DNA of 64,000 nucleotides from Opitutales bacterium (GCA_965226885.1 CBDDEL010000012.1:64001-128000); one strand, 5' to 3'. Positions 51,626 through 62,619 are shown, counted from the first letter of the stretch. The notes: a model not told the origin generated them from the sequence alone. Made by a program: numbers and translations.

Positions 51626-52531
51626 TCAATGACCCGATTCCCGGTATTTTTTTTCACCCGCAGTGATTCTGACAGACAAGCGATTCTGGGGCGCTGGTAG
51701 CGGGCAGGTGGCAAAATCGGTAAAGGCGCAGGGTGGATTGTAAGCCCGGTTGAAGTCGATTGCATAATTGTCCGAATCGTAGGACTTTTTTACATACAGG
51801 TATCTTCCGCCACCATAGGTTTCTTCTCCATTGGTCGCGTCGCCAGAGATTACATAAAGCATTTCATCGGCAGGATCGCCGACCATTGAGGCTTCCAGGC
51901 GGTAGGTTTGCTTATCGACCCGGAAAACTAGAGTCCCTTTGGAAAGCATATCGATTTGAGTCCCCAGGACTGTCGGAATGGATAAAGTTTTCGGGATTTC
52001 ATATTCCTCGAATCGAGCCTCGATGCGCCAGGCAGGATCCACCTGATATCGCTCCAAACCTTTAAAAGCGAGCAGATCAGGGCTTTCGTAATCGCGCAAG
52101 CGAACGCCATACCTGCTGCTGCGCTCGATCACAAACCATATCAGGGAACCATAGGAAAGCACTGTCGGCTCCCCGCTTTGGTCATTTTTCAGAACCTGGG
52201 CGGTGACGATTTTTTCACCATGCAAAACCCGGATGCCGGCATTTACCTGAATCGTGACCTCCCCCTTCTCAAGGAAAAACGAACCCATCAATTCAGGGCA
52301 TTTCCCCGCCGGGAAAACAATATCGTTGGCAGGATCGGAGCCGAAGCTGTTCTTGCCATCTTTCAGCCATCCCGAAGGAGAAGTTAATGATTTTTCCCGC
52401 TCCTGCTGCCAATTTTTGATTTCAGCGGCATAGGAATCCGCAACGGCAGCTTCTCCATCGGCTGCAAATCCAATAAAAGGGCTAAGAAAAATCAATAAGG
52501 AGCTGAACAAACAAAAAGCCAAAGAAATCAC
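51626..52531 (-). CDS. DUF1684 domain protein
   Basis: Motifs DATNGEETYGGGRYL and DFNRAYNPPCAF...CPLP. Confidence 0.9.
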   Translation of the reverse strand: MISLAFCLFSSLLIFLSPFIGFAADGEAAVADSYAAEIKNWQQEREKSLTSPSGWLKDGKNSFGSDPANDIVFPAGKCPELMGSFFLEKGEVTIQVNAGIRVLHGEKIVTAQVLKNDQSGEPTVLSYGSLIWFVIERSSRYGVRLRDYESPDLLAFKGLERYQVDPAWRIEARFEEYEIPKTLSIPTVLGTQIDMLSKGTLVFRVDKQTYRLEASMVGDPADEMLYVISGDATNGEETYGGGRYLYVKKSYDSDNYAIDFNRAYNPPCAFTDFATCPLPAPQNRLSVRITAGEKKYRESGH

Positions 52532-52691
52532 GGCAGGAGCCTATACCTTTATGTAAGCGCCAGGCAACAGGCAATATCGAGGCCTGAACAGCCACCGCGG
52601 AATACTTGCTGGATTTAATAAAAAATAAAGAAGCGGGAAGATTAATTAGGGGCCAGCCGATTTCGCCAGGTTTTAAGGCCGACTATGCCTC

Positions 52692-53018
52692 CTAATCGTC
52701 GTCATCGTCGTCGTCGTCATTTTCTATTTCCACCTCGATCACCTCGCCCTCGGGAGTGATCTCAATCTCGTATTCCGTGTCACCTACATAGCCCTCGATT
52801 TCATAGATCAGCCCCTTCCTGGTTTCCTCGATTTCGGCATCGGTCAGGATAATTCCTTCCACCGCAGCCTTGGCCGCTGCAATTACTTGCTCCGGGACCT
52901 CCGAGAGCGGGATATCCCTCTCTTTTTCTTTATTCCCGGAAGCCAAAGCAGTCATGCAAAATCCTCCCAATATAATGATGAATAATGCCTTCAAGACTGG
53001 ATTTAATTTTGTTTTCAT
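52692..53018 (-). CDS. Secreted PepSY-like protein
   Basis: Signal peptide, YEIEG...YEIEITPEGEVI and a poly-Asp tail. Confidence 0.75.
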   Translation of the reverse strand: MKTKLNPVLKALFIIILGGFCMTALASGNKEKERDIPLSEVPEQVIAAAKAAVEGIILTDAEIEETRKGLIYEIEGYVGDTEYEIEITPEGEVIEVEIENDDDDDDDD

Positions 53019-53179
53019 TTTTTTCTTTGGTATTGGTTACACATCAAAAATGTTAACCTTTGAATAAACTCAATTTATATAACGAACGGAATCCATCATA
53101 ATAATCCATATAATGAATTATTCAAGCCTGATATTGAACCCGATACCCTTAATAATGCTGCCCCCCCGCAAACTTGAAT

Positions 53180-53659
53180 TCAGTGATGCGGATCCATCGG
53201 TAGTTGGTCTTTATCTGCATTCTCCTCCGTCTGGAACGGTTTTCCAGACAGTTGCCAAGCGATAAAGCCTCCATCCAGATGGTAAAGCTGCTTGAATTCC
53301 AACTTTTTCATCAATTTTTCAGCGCGTCGGCTGCGGCCTTTGGGCACTCCCGCCGCACAGTGCAGCAAATAAGTTTTACCTTTTTCCAGCTTGCCGATTT
53401 TTTCCCCGAAAGCATCTCCGTTAATATTGATATTTATCGCCCCCTCAATGTGGCCGATGGAAAATTCCTGCGGCGTCCTCACATCCAAAACGATCACATC
53501 TTTCTCAGCCGTTAACAATTCCAGCGCTTGGGCGGCATTTAGACTCGAAGATTTGGTATCCCTGGCGCCAGCATCAAATTCAGCCGATTTTTCCGCCACA
53601 GCGAATGGACTCGACCCTAACAACACAGCGATGATTATAAGTAGGTTTGTGAATTTCAT
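53180..53659 (-). CDS. Rhodanese-like domain protein
   Basis: Motifs LDVRTPQEFSIGHIEGA and LDGGFIAW. Confidence 0.88.
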   Translation of the reverse strand: MKFTNLLIIIAVLLGSSPFAVAEKSAEFDAGARDTKSSSLNAAQALELLTAEKDVIVLDVRTPQEFSIGHIEGAINININGDAFGEKIGKLEKGKTYLLHCAAGVPKGRSRRAEKLMKKLEFKQLYHLDGGFIAWQLSGKPFQTEENADKDQLPMDPHH

Positions 53660-53720
53660 TTTTAATCTGCGGTGTCTGCGTTATAATTATCTTACTTAAA
53701 TCGTTGGTTTGTGCACAGGC

Positions 53721-55076
53721 TCAAGACTTTCTCAATTTCTTCAAGGTCCTGGAAAGTTTTTTCCGCGCTTCAGCAGCTTTCGGCATAGCGTTGTTCGAGT
53801 CCAGAGGTTTTTGTTCCTCAGGATCGGCCACGAGGTCGTAAAAGCGGCCGTCGTTATAGAGTTTCCAGTTTTTGGAACGTATCCAGTAAGTCCCCTCATG
53901 TTCGGTATAAACCCACTCGCGCGGCGTATAGGCGCCACCGGTCATCATCCCGGCAAAACTGTGCCCATCGATCTTAAAATCCGGCTTCGAACGGTCCGCC
54001 ATTGCATTCAGTGTGGGCAGAAAATCACTGAAATCAATAAGGTCTGAGGAAACCGAACCGGCTGGAATTTTACCTGGCCAGCGGGCAATGGTGGGAACCC
54101 GTGTTCCCCAGTCGTTGAAACTTTTTTTCCCGCCCCGAATTTTAACCCCATTCATCATCGAAAAATTAGACTCCGACAGGTATTCACCGTTTTCATGGCG
54201 GATGATGGTTGAGTGAGCGGTGCCGTTATCACTGGTGAAAAGGATAACGGTTTCATTTTTCAATCCAAGATCATCGACCGCATCTATGATTTTGCCCACG
54301 ATGCGGTCCATCTGTTCCATCATCTCTCCAAAATTATCATAACGCCCTTTCGGTCCGTAGGGCGGAGGCGGATCAAGGTCGTTAGAAACGGCATGGGACA
54401 AAGCCATCGAGTGATAGGCAAAAAACGGACTGTCTTCCTTATTTTTGTGCCGTCTCATAAAATCGATCAGAAAATCCGCATAAACATCCGGCCCGTAACG
54501 ATCTTTGACATCCTCTCTGAGACGACCGTTTTGCCAGATGCGCGGTTCATGGTAGCGGGGCCCTTCATGCCAGCCAAAGAGGCAGTATTCGTCGAAACCC
54601 AAACGGTGCGGGTGATCCGGTTCATCCTCCAGCTTGGCGATCTGCCATTTGCCCGCGATGGCGGTGGCGTAACCCGCCTTTTTCAGTTCGTGGGCAAAAG
54701 TCTGCATTTCCGCGCGCGCCGGAAAGGTCCCCCATTTGGGGTTACCCAGCCGAAAAGGGTATTGCCCGGTCATAAGACAAATGCGCGTTGGATGGCAGAC
54801 GGGCGCCGAATAAACGTGCTCGAAACGCATGCCCGCCGCCGCCAGTCGGTCGATACGGGGAGTTTTGTAGGATTCGCCCCCATAGCATCCGAGCGCCTCC
54901 CTCCCGACATCATCGAGCATGATCAAAAGGATATTCGGCCTCTCCGTCCCTTTACCCCAACTCTCCGCGGCCCGCAAAGTTCCGGCCAAAGGAAGCGCCA
55001 AACCGGCCTTACCCATGGTCCTCAAAAAATCCCGCCGACTCTTGTTTTTATTTATATTAATATTATTTGAATTCAT
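53721..55076 (-). CDS. Tat-exported sulfatase (S1)
   Basis: SRRDFLR Tat motif, PNILLIMLDD, CHPTR formylglycine motif and FTSDNG. Confidence 0.92.
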   Translation of the reverse strand: MNSNNININKNKSRRDFLRTMGKAGLALPLAGTLRAAESWGKGTERPNILLIMLDDVGREALGCYGGESYKTPRIDRLAAAGMRFEHVYSAPVCHPTRICLMTGQYPFRLGNPKWGTFPARAEMQTFAHELKKAGYATAIAGKWQIAKLEDEPDHPHRLGFDEYCLFGWHEGPRYHEPRIWQNGRLREDVKDRYGPDVYADFLIDFMRRHKNKEDSPFFAYHSMALSHAVSNDLDPPPPYGPKGRYDNFGEMMEQMDRIVGKIIDAVDDLGLKNETVILFTSDNGTAHSTIIRHENGEYLSESNFSMMNGVKIRGGKKSFNDWGTRVPTIARWPGKIPAGSVSSDLIDFSDFLPTLNAMADRSKPDFKIDGHSFAGMMTGGAYTPREWVYTEHEGTYWIRSKNWKLYNDGRFYDLVADPEEQKPLDSNNAMPKAAEARKKLSRTLKKLRKS

Positions 55077-55081
55077 TTCAA

Positions 55082-56053
55082 TTACTCCCATAAATCTGTG
55101 CTTAAATACTTGAGACCCGAATCGTTGATGATGGTGGCGACAGTTTTTCCTATTAGCGGTCCTTCGAGCAGTTTAAGGGCCGCTGCGATGTTGGCTCCAG
55201 AAGAAAATCCCGCGAAGATCCCTTCTTTTTTGGCCAATTGCCGGGCCCAATGGATGGCTTCTTCATCCGAAACCGTTAAAAATCCGTCGATATGTTCACG
55301 GTTCAGGCATTGCAGATCGTTCCGGCAATACCCCCCGCCCTGAATCCGGTGGCTGGGATCGATAAGCGGCTTTCCGGCCAGAATGGCGGCGTTTTCGGGC
55401 TCCACCACGAAACACTGGATGGCCGGATCTCGCACCTTCAAAGCGGCTGCGCAACCGGCAAAAGCGCCCCCCGTTCCCACAAAATCACAAAACCCGTCAA
55501 TCGCTCCATCCGACTGTCGGATAAACTCAGGGCCGGTGTGTAAATAATGGGCCTTGAAATTGCCTTCGAGCAGAAATTGATCGGCCCGAAAGGCGTTTCT
55601 CTCACTGACTATTTCGCGGGCTTTACATTCGACCAACTCAAGATCGCCGCCGGACACTTTGCCCGCAGTCGAATCCGGCAATTGATCCACCAGGACAACC
55701 TCCGCTCCCAAGGCTGCCATCATGCGGGCTCTCTCCCGCGAATTCCCCTTGGACATAACGGCGACAAAAGGATAGCCCTTCACCCCACAGACAATGGCCA
55801 GACCGGTCCCCGTATTGCCGCTGGTCAGCTCCACGACCGTTTGCCCCGGCCGCAGGTCGCCGCTTCTTTCCGCATCCTCAATGATCTGCCGCGCAATCCG
55901 GTCCTTCTTGGAAAAACCCGGATTCAAATAATCAAGCTTGGCCAAAATCCGTCCTTCCAGGCCCAACCCGTCAGTCAACCGGCTCAACTCGACCAAAGGC
56001 GTGGAACCGATTGCCTCGATCGCTGATTTTAAAAGAATTTCTTCCCGGCTCAT
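55082..56053 (-). CDS. PLP-dependent cysteine synthase family protein
   Basis: Motifs IGSTPLV, NPGFSKKDRIA, TSGNTG and GTGG. Confidence 0.9.
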   Translation of the reverse strand: MSREEILLKSAIEAIGSTPLVELSRLTDGLGLEGRILAKLDYLNPGFSKKDRIARQIIEDAERSGDLRPGQTVVELTSGNTGTGLAIVCGVKGYPFVAVMSKGNSRERARMMAALGAEVVLVDQLPDSTAGKVSGGDLELVECKAREIVSERNAFRADQFLLEGNFKAHYLHTGPEFIRQSDGAIDGFCDFVGTGGAFAGCAAALKVRDPAIQCFVVEPENAAILAGKPLIDPSHRIQGGGYCRNDLQCLNREHIDGFLTVSDEEAIHWARQLAKKEGIFAGFSSGANIAAALKLLEGPLIGKTVATIINDSGLKYLSTDLWE

Positions 56054-56111
56054 GGATGAATCTCTTTTATCAGACCATTTAAAAGCGCTACAAATACCAT
56101 TACATTTAAAT

Positions 56112-56187
56112 TGGTGGAGCCGATCGGGATCGAACCGACGACCTCGTCATTGCGAACGACGCGCTCTTCCAACTGAGCTACGGCCCC
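56112..56187 (-). tRNA. tRNA-Ala(CGC)
   Basis: GGGGCCGTAGCTCAG...CGTCG-TTCGCAA-TGACG...GGTTCGATCCC...CTCCACCA. Confidence 0.96.
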
Positions 56188-56574
56188 ATGCCATGGGTGT
56201 TTAAATATGGTTTTATCCAGTAGAGTCTCACATCTCCCGAGTCAATCCGATGTTTGGGCAAGACCTGGAAATAAAAAATTTATTTTCATTAATACTTTTT
56301 TAAGCGAAGATCGCACCTTTAACAAACATAGCGGATTCCGGGCGGCAATGAAGCGGAATCTCATCAAAACCGACTGTTTGTAGCGGAAACACGGCGAACT
56401 TTACAATCGCCTCTTTCGTGACCGGTAGAAAGGGGTTTACGTAGCCTTTGCTGAATTTACCTACGATCATGTTGAACTGCAAATGACAGAGTTCGAGTCT
56501 TTCTTTTGGATGTCAAATTTCTGTTTACATCACAGCTGGACATTGAGTAGGAGAAACGGTATTGAAGGAATGCC

Positions 56575-58221
56575 ATGCCCCCACCCCCAAACCTCATTCT
56601 CCACGACACCCCTACATATCCCGACCAGCTGACCGTCTCCGCCTGGGTGCGGGCCGACGACGACCGGGCCGAGGGGTTGCAGGTGATCGCCTCCCAATGG
56701 CGTCTGCGCCAGTCGTTCGACCGCTTCGCAGGCTTCGATGCCAGTCACATCAACGGGCTGGAGACCTCCGGCTACTTCGGTGCTGTGTTCGACGGCCGCC
56801 ACATCTATTTCTGTCCCGAGCTACACCCCGACGGCGGTCACGGCGTGGTGCTTCGCTACGACACCCACGCCGATTTCCACGACCCGTCCGCCTACCAGGC
56901 CCACGACGCCAATCCCACCGATGGGCTGGAAACCCGCGGCTACTATGGCGGAGTGTTCGACGGCAACTTCGTCTATTTCATACCGCGCCACTGCGACGGC
57001 TACAACCACAGCCATCTGCTCCGCTATGATCCGCGGCGGGACTTCCGCGACCCGGCGTCTTGGAGCGCCTTCGACTTCGGCGAGCGGCAGGACCACCAAG
57101 GCGCGGCCTTCGACGGCCGCTATATCTACTTCTGTCCCGGCTATCGCCAAGACCAGGAGGGCAAGAGCCGCCTGTCCGGTCGCGTGATCCGCTACGATAC
57201 CCATGCGGAATTCTACGACCCCAACAGCTACCAGCGGTTCGACGCCGAGGGGTTGGACGGTCTCGCCGTCGGCTGCTACGACGGTGGCGCTTTTGACGGT
57301 CGGCACATCTACTTCATACCCTTGAGTACTGGCATCGCCCTGCGATATGACACCCATCGGCCTTTTGCGAAGGCATCGTCCTGGCAAACCCGGGACGGGG
57401 GCTCCATCGGCCTCGGCATGTGCGTCGGCTCCGTGTTCGATGGCCGATATCTCTATTACGTACCCTACGGCGACGGCCAGGGGCGGGTGGTGCGCTTCGA
57501 TACCGAAGGGGATTTTCAGTCCCTCGAGGCCTGGACCATGTTCGATGCCGGCGTTACCGATGGCCTGGACACCCGCGGCTTTGACGGCGGTTTCTTCGAT
57601 GGCCGTTACGTCTACTTCGTGCCATTTTTCTTCGATGGGCATTTCCACGCCCGCTGGCTGCGCTACGATACACAAATGCCTTTCGAGAACCCGGAAGCCT
57701 GGGCGGCGCATGAGGCTCCCTCCGCCCATGGGGTCCGGATCGTCGGCTACAACGGCGGCGCTTTCGACGGTCGCTTCTTCTACGCGGCGCCCTGGCGCAG
57801 CCGCTGGGGTAAGACCATGGCCGAGTGGGACATCCACGGCCGCATCGCCCGCTACGATACCCTCGGCGACGAAGGCGCCTTCAGTCTGCGCTACTGCGAT
57901 TATGGTCACAACGGCGGTCTCTGCGCGGCGGTGCCGGGACCGGCTTTTCTGGTCAACACAGCGCAGGGGATACGCAGTATCGCCACCCATCGTCCACTGG
58001 CGCCTGGACGCCACCATCTGGCTGGTGTTTACGACGGCGTTTCGCTGAAGCTCTATATCGACGGGAAAACGGCTGCCGAGCGGACCGCCACCGGTGCGTT
58101 GCTGGACTGCCAGGCGCCCATCGTCACCGGGCGCATCGAAGGGGGCGGGGGCTTGTTCCGAGGGGAAATAGAGCAGGTGGTCGTCGCCCGAGATGCGAAG
58201 TGGATCAAAAAGACCTGGTAA
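56575..58221 (+). CDS. LamG-like protein with seven GxxFDGRxxYFxP repeats
   Basis: Repeats are visible in the translation; LamG motifs LTVSAWVR and HHLAGVYDG...LYIDG flank them. Confidence 0.82.
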   Translation: MPPPPNLILHDTPTYPDQLTVSAWVRADDDRAEGLQVIASQWRLRQSFDRFAGFDASHINGLETSGYFGAVFDGRHIYFCPELHPDGGHGVVLRYDTHADFHDPSAYQAHDANPTDGLETRGYYGGVFDGNFVYFIPRHCDGYNHSHLLRYDPRRDFRDPASWSAFDFGERQDHQGAAFDGRYIYFCPGYRQDQEGKSRLSGRVIRYDTHAEFYDPNSYQRFDAEGLDGLAVGCYDGGAFDGRHIYFIPLSTGIALRYDTHRPFAKASSWQTRDGGSIGLGMCVGSVFDGRYLYYVPYGDGQGRVVRFDTEGDFQSLEAWTMFDAGVTDGLDTRGFDGGFFDGRYVYFVPFFFDGHFHARWLRYDTQMPFENPEAWAAHEAPSAHGVRIVGYNGGAFDGRFFYAAPWRSRWGKTMAEWDIHGRIARYDTLGDEGAFSLRYCDYGHNGGLCAAVPGPAFLVNTAQGIRSIATHRPLAPGRHHLAGVYDGVSLKLYIDGKTAAERTATGALLDCQAPIVTGRIEGGGGLFRGEIEQVVVARDAKWIKKTW

Positions 58222-58580
58222 TCCTCGGGCCCTTAAAACCGCATCTGTCGGGGCAATTTGTACCTATTTAATATCTCAGCATTTCGGCCGGATTGGCAAA
58301 TAGTGCGGCCTCCTTCCGTCAGCAGGACCACCACCAGGGTAAGAAAGCTGGCGTTCAAAACAGCGTCCAGTCTATCTTCCGACAGGTTGGCGAATTCCCA
58401 CCGTCAGCGCGTCATGGCCCAATAGGGCAACAAAACAAACGCGGCCATTTCTCCTTTTAGACTTGATTTGATGAAAAAAACCGCTACACGCAGGCTTTGT
58501 TTTTTCCAAAACCATAATTACACCAATCGAAAATTAATTTCAGAACGGAGAAATCATTCTCAAATAGAATACATAACCTA

Positions 58581-58985
58581 ATGAGCAACAAATCTTTAAA
58601 AAATAAAAAAACGACCGCCCCGAAAAAAGCGGTGAAGAAAACCGTGAAAAAGAAGGCTGCCAGAAAAACGGCCCCCCGCAAACTCCGCACATCAACCCGG
58701 AAAACAGCTCTGAAAACGGCCCAAGCGTCCATCACTACCGTCATCGCGAAAATCGATGTCGGTTTCGGCAATCAGCTTTTCATCCGGGGCAGCGGAGCCA
58801 ATCTGAATTGGGACCGTGGCATTGCTATGGACAATACCAACAGCGATGAATGGAAGCTCACCTCCAGCGAATTCGGGAATGACTTCGAGTGCAAGTTTCT
58901 CATCAACGACCGCATCTGGTCGGCCGGGGAGAACCTTACCCTCAAGGCCGGAAAGCAATTGGTGGTCGAGCCGAAATTTTCCTGA
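58581..58985 (+). CDS. Lys/Ala-rich (histone H1-like) N-terminus plus CBM20-like domain
   Basis: KKAVKKTVKKKAARK followed by IDVGFGNQLFIRGSG..LNWDRG...KFLIND..WS.GEN. Confidence 0.75.
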   Translation: MSNKSLKNKKTTAPKKAVKKTVKKKAARKTAPRKLRTSTRKTALKTAQASITTVIAKIDVGFGNQLFIRGSGANLNWDRGIAMDNTNSDEWKLTSSEFGNDFECKFLINDRIWSAGENLTLKAGKQLVVEPKFS

Positions 58986-59029
58986 CCACCTTCCATTTCC
59001 GGCCCGTCCAGTCCGGCTCAATGCTTCTC

Positions 59030-59692
59030 TCACTCGTCCGGGTCGGGGGATATTTCCATCATTTCCCTTTTTAAAAAGGCTGCCGCTTCCTCCACCGATT
59101 CCGCGCCCAGGGATTCGTAATGGGGAAAGTAGCGCACCTTCATCTCGGCTCTGGAGAAGGGCACCGGCAAGTAGAAGCGATCCCAGCTATGCAATCGCCA
59201 GGATCGCCCCAACCGGCCGGAAATAAGCATGATGGGCGCGCCCGATTTCAGGGCCACACGCACCGCTCCTTTTTTAAAACTGTAACGGGGCCCCCTCGGC
59301 CCGTCCGGGGTCAAGCCGATGTCTTTGCCCGATTGCAGTGCTTTCATCAACTCACGGGAAGATTCCAATGTGCGTTGATTGCTGGATCCGCGCACCGATC
59401 CGAGACCCATCAATGAAAAAAAAGCGGCCAACCAGGCCCCGTCCCGGCTGGCGCTGACCAATCCGCAAACCCCCCGGTGCTTGCGAAAGCGGCGAAAAAC
59501 ACTGGCCGCCAGAAATAGTCGATTATGCCATAGAATAATGACCGTCGGAGAATCCTTGCGCGTTAATATTTCCAATTCATGAGGGTCAATGCGGAGCCGG
59601 ATGGTGGCCCCCCAGAGACGCACCAGAACGCTCAAAGGCCATAATGCCAGCTTGCGCCAACCAGAAATTTCATATACAGGCTCAGGCTCCAT
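59030..59692 (-). CDS. DUF374 / lysophospholipid acyltransferase family protein
   Basis: Motifs LWHNRL, SASRDG, RGSS, TPDGPRGP and SWDRFYLP.PFS. Confidence 0.88.
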   Translation of the reverse strand: MEPEPVYEISGWRKLALWPLSVLVRLWGATIRLRIDPHELEILTRKDSPTVIILWHNRLFLAASVFRRFRKHRGVCGLVSASRDGAWLAAFFSLMGLGSVRGSSNQRTLESSRELMKALQSGKDIGLTPDGPRGPRYSFKKGAVRVALKSGAPIMLISGRLGRSWRLHSWDRFYLPVPFSRAEMKVRYFPHYESLGAESVEEAAAFLKREMMEISPDPDE

Positions 59693-59812
59693 TCAAAAAA
59701 TCTGCGTTTACATTTACATTTACAGGATTTAGCCGACTTTTGGTCAAAAGCAAACCCTTAGCCATCGAAGGCTTCTCCCTCGGCTCCTCAAGACCAAAGC
59801 GGCGCCCACATC

Positions 59813-60361
59813 ATGCCCGATTCACCCCAACCATGCCCCCACCTCCCGCCGGCCTTGCCCGATATGGATTGGAGGTGCCTGCATGCCTTCGGCAAAATCC
59901 GCGATATTGAGTTTTACCTTATGGCCTTGCGTTACGCCCAATACCTTTGGCTCCATGACTCTCCGGCCAGGGCGATCCTATCCATGACCCGTGCACTCTA
60001 TGCGGAACTCGATGGATGTGAGGAACAATTGACTCGATGGCCCCTGCCCTACTGCGCCTTGCAGTGGTTTCTATTAAACTACCGGGAGGACTACGGGTTT
60101 TTGGGCAATCCGCGAATCAGCTACCAGCACCAGGCGGGCCGCATTCGGGGCCGGAGGCAGCAACGGCTATCCTGGCGAGCCTGGGCCTGCTGGCAAATTG
60201 TCAGGCAAGCCAGGCCGGACTTCGCAGCGGACCACAAACACCACATCGAAGAGCCGCAAAAAAACGACATTTTAACAGGCCTGAAAAAGCACGGAATCGC
60301 CCGTGAACCAGAAATCTGGCAGACCGTGGTGGACAATCGAGTAACCGCCAGCACAAAATAG
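59813..60361 (+). CDS. Hypothetical protein
   Basis: 182-aa ORF that fills the gap between its neighbours. Confidence 0.65.
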   Translation: MPDSPQPCPHLPPALPDMDWRCLHAFGKIRDIEFYLMALRYAQYLWLHDSPARAILSMTRALYAELDGCEEQLTRWPLPYCALQWFLLNYREDYGFLGNPRISYQHQAGRIRGRRQQRLSWRAWACWQIVRQARPDFAADHKHHIEEPQKNDILTGLKKHGIAREPEIWQTVVDNRVTASTK

Positions 60362-60410
60362 CCGAACCATCCGGGGCCGCGCGCCAACCGGTATAAGGTT
60401 AAGCTTCATG

Positions 60411-61330
60411 TCAGAAGCTTTTGAACCTGCCCTTATAACGGTGGACCAGTTCCCGCATTTCCCGGGAATTATTTTCTTTCATCCCAAACCCGATAAAATG
60501 AATGCGCGCCTTCTTCTCCAAGTTTCGCTGATAGCTTTCCAAATCCTCGGAAAGTTCGCTCCAGGGCACATTCTCATAGCGTTTATCAGGATGGTTCCGC
60601 TGAAAAGATCCATCCGAAATAATCAGGACGACATCGGGATTAAACTGAAAAGCCGCCCCCAAAACCGATTGAATCCCATTCGGATCCTTCAACGTCCAAT
60701 TACGCCCACTATTACCCGTGGTCTTGAACTCGGTGCGGAGCCATTCCCGGGCCGCCTTTTTGTTGCTCTTGGTAGCCGCAACCAGGTATTCGGCAAAAAG
60801 ATCGTATCGACGGCTGAATTGGATAAGGGCAAATAGACTGTTGGCATTGAGGCTGCCCACGACACTGGCTGTTTCATCCCGGACCCTCAAAATATCCATG
60901 CCACTTTTGGCCATGTTATCGACCACCGAACTAGAAATATCAAAAGCAATCACCAGGCGTTTGGCTTCATCCGAAATACCCAGAATGGAAAATTTGGAAA
61001 CCTCCAAACTCAAGTCCTCCATACCGCTCAACAACCCGCTCCGTCCCAGCAAGGATTCCCCTAATTGCGGGCTTAAACCGCTACTCAAAACCCTTGCATC
61101 CATAAATGGCAGTTGCGGTAGGGTGGGCAAAGAATCGGGTAGCAAATTATCCGAAGTCAGCCTGCTCAGCAAAGCTGGCGGATTCGAAAGCTGCCGCAAT
61201 TCAGCCAACGTGGCCCGATGCTCCAATTCCCTCTGGGGAAGGTAAATGGTCTTCCTGGCCACAAATACAGGTTCAGGACTAAACCGGGGAACGAAAACCA
61301 CCACAAACCCCGTGCCGGCCAGAAGCAATG
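60411..61330 (-). pseudogene. vWA-like domain protein, 5' end removed by IS3-B
   Basis: FDISSS MIDAS-like motif and IISDG; the frame runs directly into the IS3-B IR at 61331. Confidence 0.7.
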
Positions 61331-61393
61331 TGACGTGTACTGGATTTGTTGGACACGGGATTCTCTTATATTCATTGTTTATTGATTAGTGTG

Positions 61394-62311
61394 TCAGGCG
61401 GCTTGTTTTGGTAAAGGGTTTTGTTTTCTCGTTGCCCCCCATGGGGGGCAAATATTTTCCTCGAATTGGACTGGGCTTTGGTAACTCAGAGAGGAATGTT
61501 TGCGATATCGGTTGTAGAAGATTTCCACGTATTCGAAGACAGTTGATCGCAGTTCGCGCTCGTCGGCAAAGTGGCGGCCTCGAATCGTGCTGGTCTTGAA
61601 GCGGCCGTAGAACGATTCCATGGCCGCGTTGTCGTAGCAGTTGCCTTGGGCGCTCATGCTCGGCTTCATGCCTAGTTCAGAGACCAGCCTCTGATAGTCG
61701 TCGCTGGCGTAGGGGCTGCCCCGATCGCTGTGATGAATAATCCCGGTGCGCAGTGTGCCGCGGGTCATGGCCGCGGCTTTGAGGGCCTTGCCAACCAGCT
61801 TCGCGTCGTTGTGGTTGGAAACGCTCCAGCCCAGCAGGCGTCGGCTGAACAGGTCCATCACCGTGGCCAAGTACATCCAACCGGCCAGGGTCCGTAGGTA
61901 GGTCGTGTCCGCCACCCAGACCTCGTCGATATGGGTCGGCTGGCCATGCTTTTTAAGCACATTGGGGCTGTAACCATAGGGATGGTTACTGTTGGTTTTT
62001 AATGGCTTAAAGCGTTTACTCTGGGTGCTTTTGATTCCCATTTCACGCATCAGATGCAGAGCCCGGTCACGGCCGCAATCGATGCCCTCATCATCCTTCA
62101 GATGGCGGTGCATTGGCCGATGCCCATAGCGGCCCTTGGCCTCTTTGTGTACCTTCAGGATCGCCCCCTTGATTCCCTCGTCCTCGATCCGCCGGGCCGA
62201 GGGCGCTCGGTGCCTCCAGCAGTAATAGCCACTGCGACAAATCCCCATCGCCGAGCATATTTCCTCGATCTTGAAGCGCCCCTCGTTGTCTTTGACAAAC
62301 TGGTACTTCAT
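61394..62311 (-). CDS. IS3-B OrfB
   Basis: As at 7477-8394. Confidence 0.9.
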   Translation of the reverse strand: MKYQFVKDNEGRFKIEEICSAMGICRSGYYCWRHRAPSARRIEDEGIKGAILKVHKEAKGRYGHRPMHRHLKDDEGIDCGRDRALHLMREMGIKSTQSKRFKPLKTNSNHPYGYSPNVLKKHGQPTHIDEVWVADTTYLRTLAGWMYLATVMDLFSRRLLGWSVSNHNDAKLVGKALKAAAMTRGTLRTGIIHHSDRGSPYASDDYQRLVSELGMKPSMSAQGNCYDNAAMESFYGRFKTSTIRGRHFADERELRSTVFEYVEIFYNRYRKHSSLSYQSPVQFEENICPPWGATRKQNPLPKQAA

Positions 62312-62619
62312 TGTTCGTCCTTGGCAAAGTAGCCCACCGTTTTTTTTAGTATCTGGTTGATCCGCTCCGAGCGGCGCAGCTCTTTGCGAAGACGATCTAT
62401 CTCGGCCGCCATCTCCTTCGGACTGCTCTGTCGCTTTGAGGTGGCTTCGCCCTGCTGATCGTCCAGATAGAGCCTCTTCCACCTATACAATTGGTTGGTG
62501 TTGACCCCAAGTTTGGTCGATACCTCGGTGGCGCTCAGACCATCGAGTATCATCAGTTGAACTGCCTCATTTTTGAACTCTATACTAAAGCGTCTTCTTC
62601 CCATGCTTCGATTCTCCAT
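62308..62619 (-). CDS. IS3-B OrfA
   Basis: As at 8391-8699. Confidence 0.88.
   Translation of the reverse strand: MENRSMGRRRFSIEFKNEAVQLMILDGLSATEVSTKLGVNTNQLYRWKRLYLDDQQGEATSKRQSSPKEMAAEIDRLRKELRRSERINQILKKTVGYFAKDEQ

Noticed and set aside
56821..58017. 398-aa ORF antisense to the propeller gene
   Set aside because: GC-rich shadow ORF; the + strand carries the recognisable repeats.
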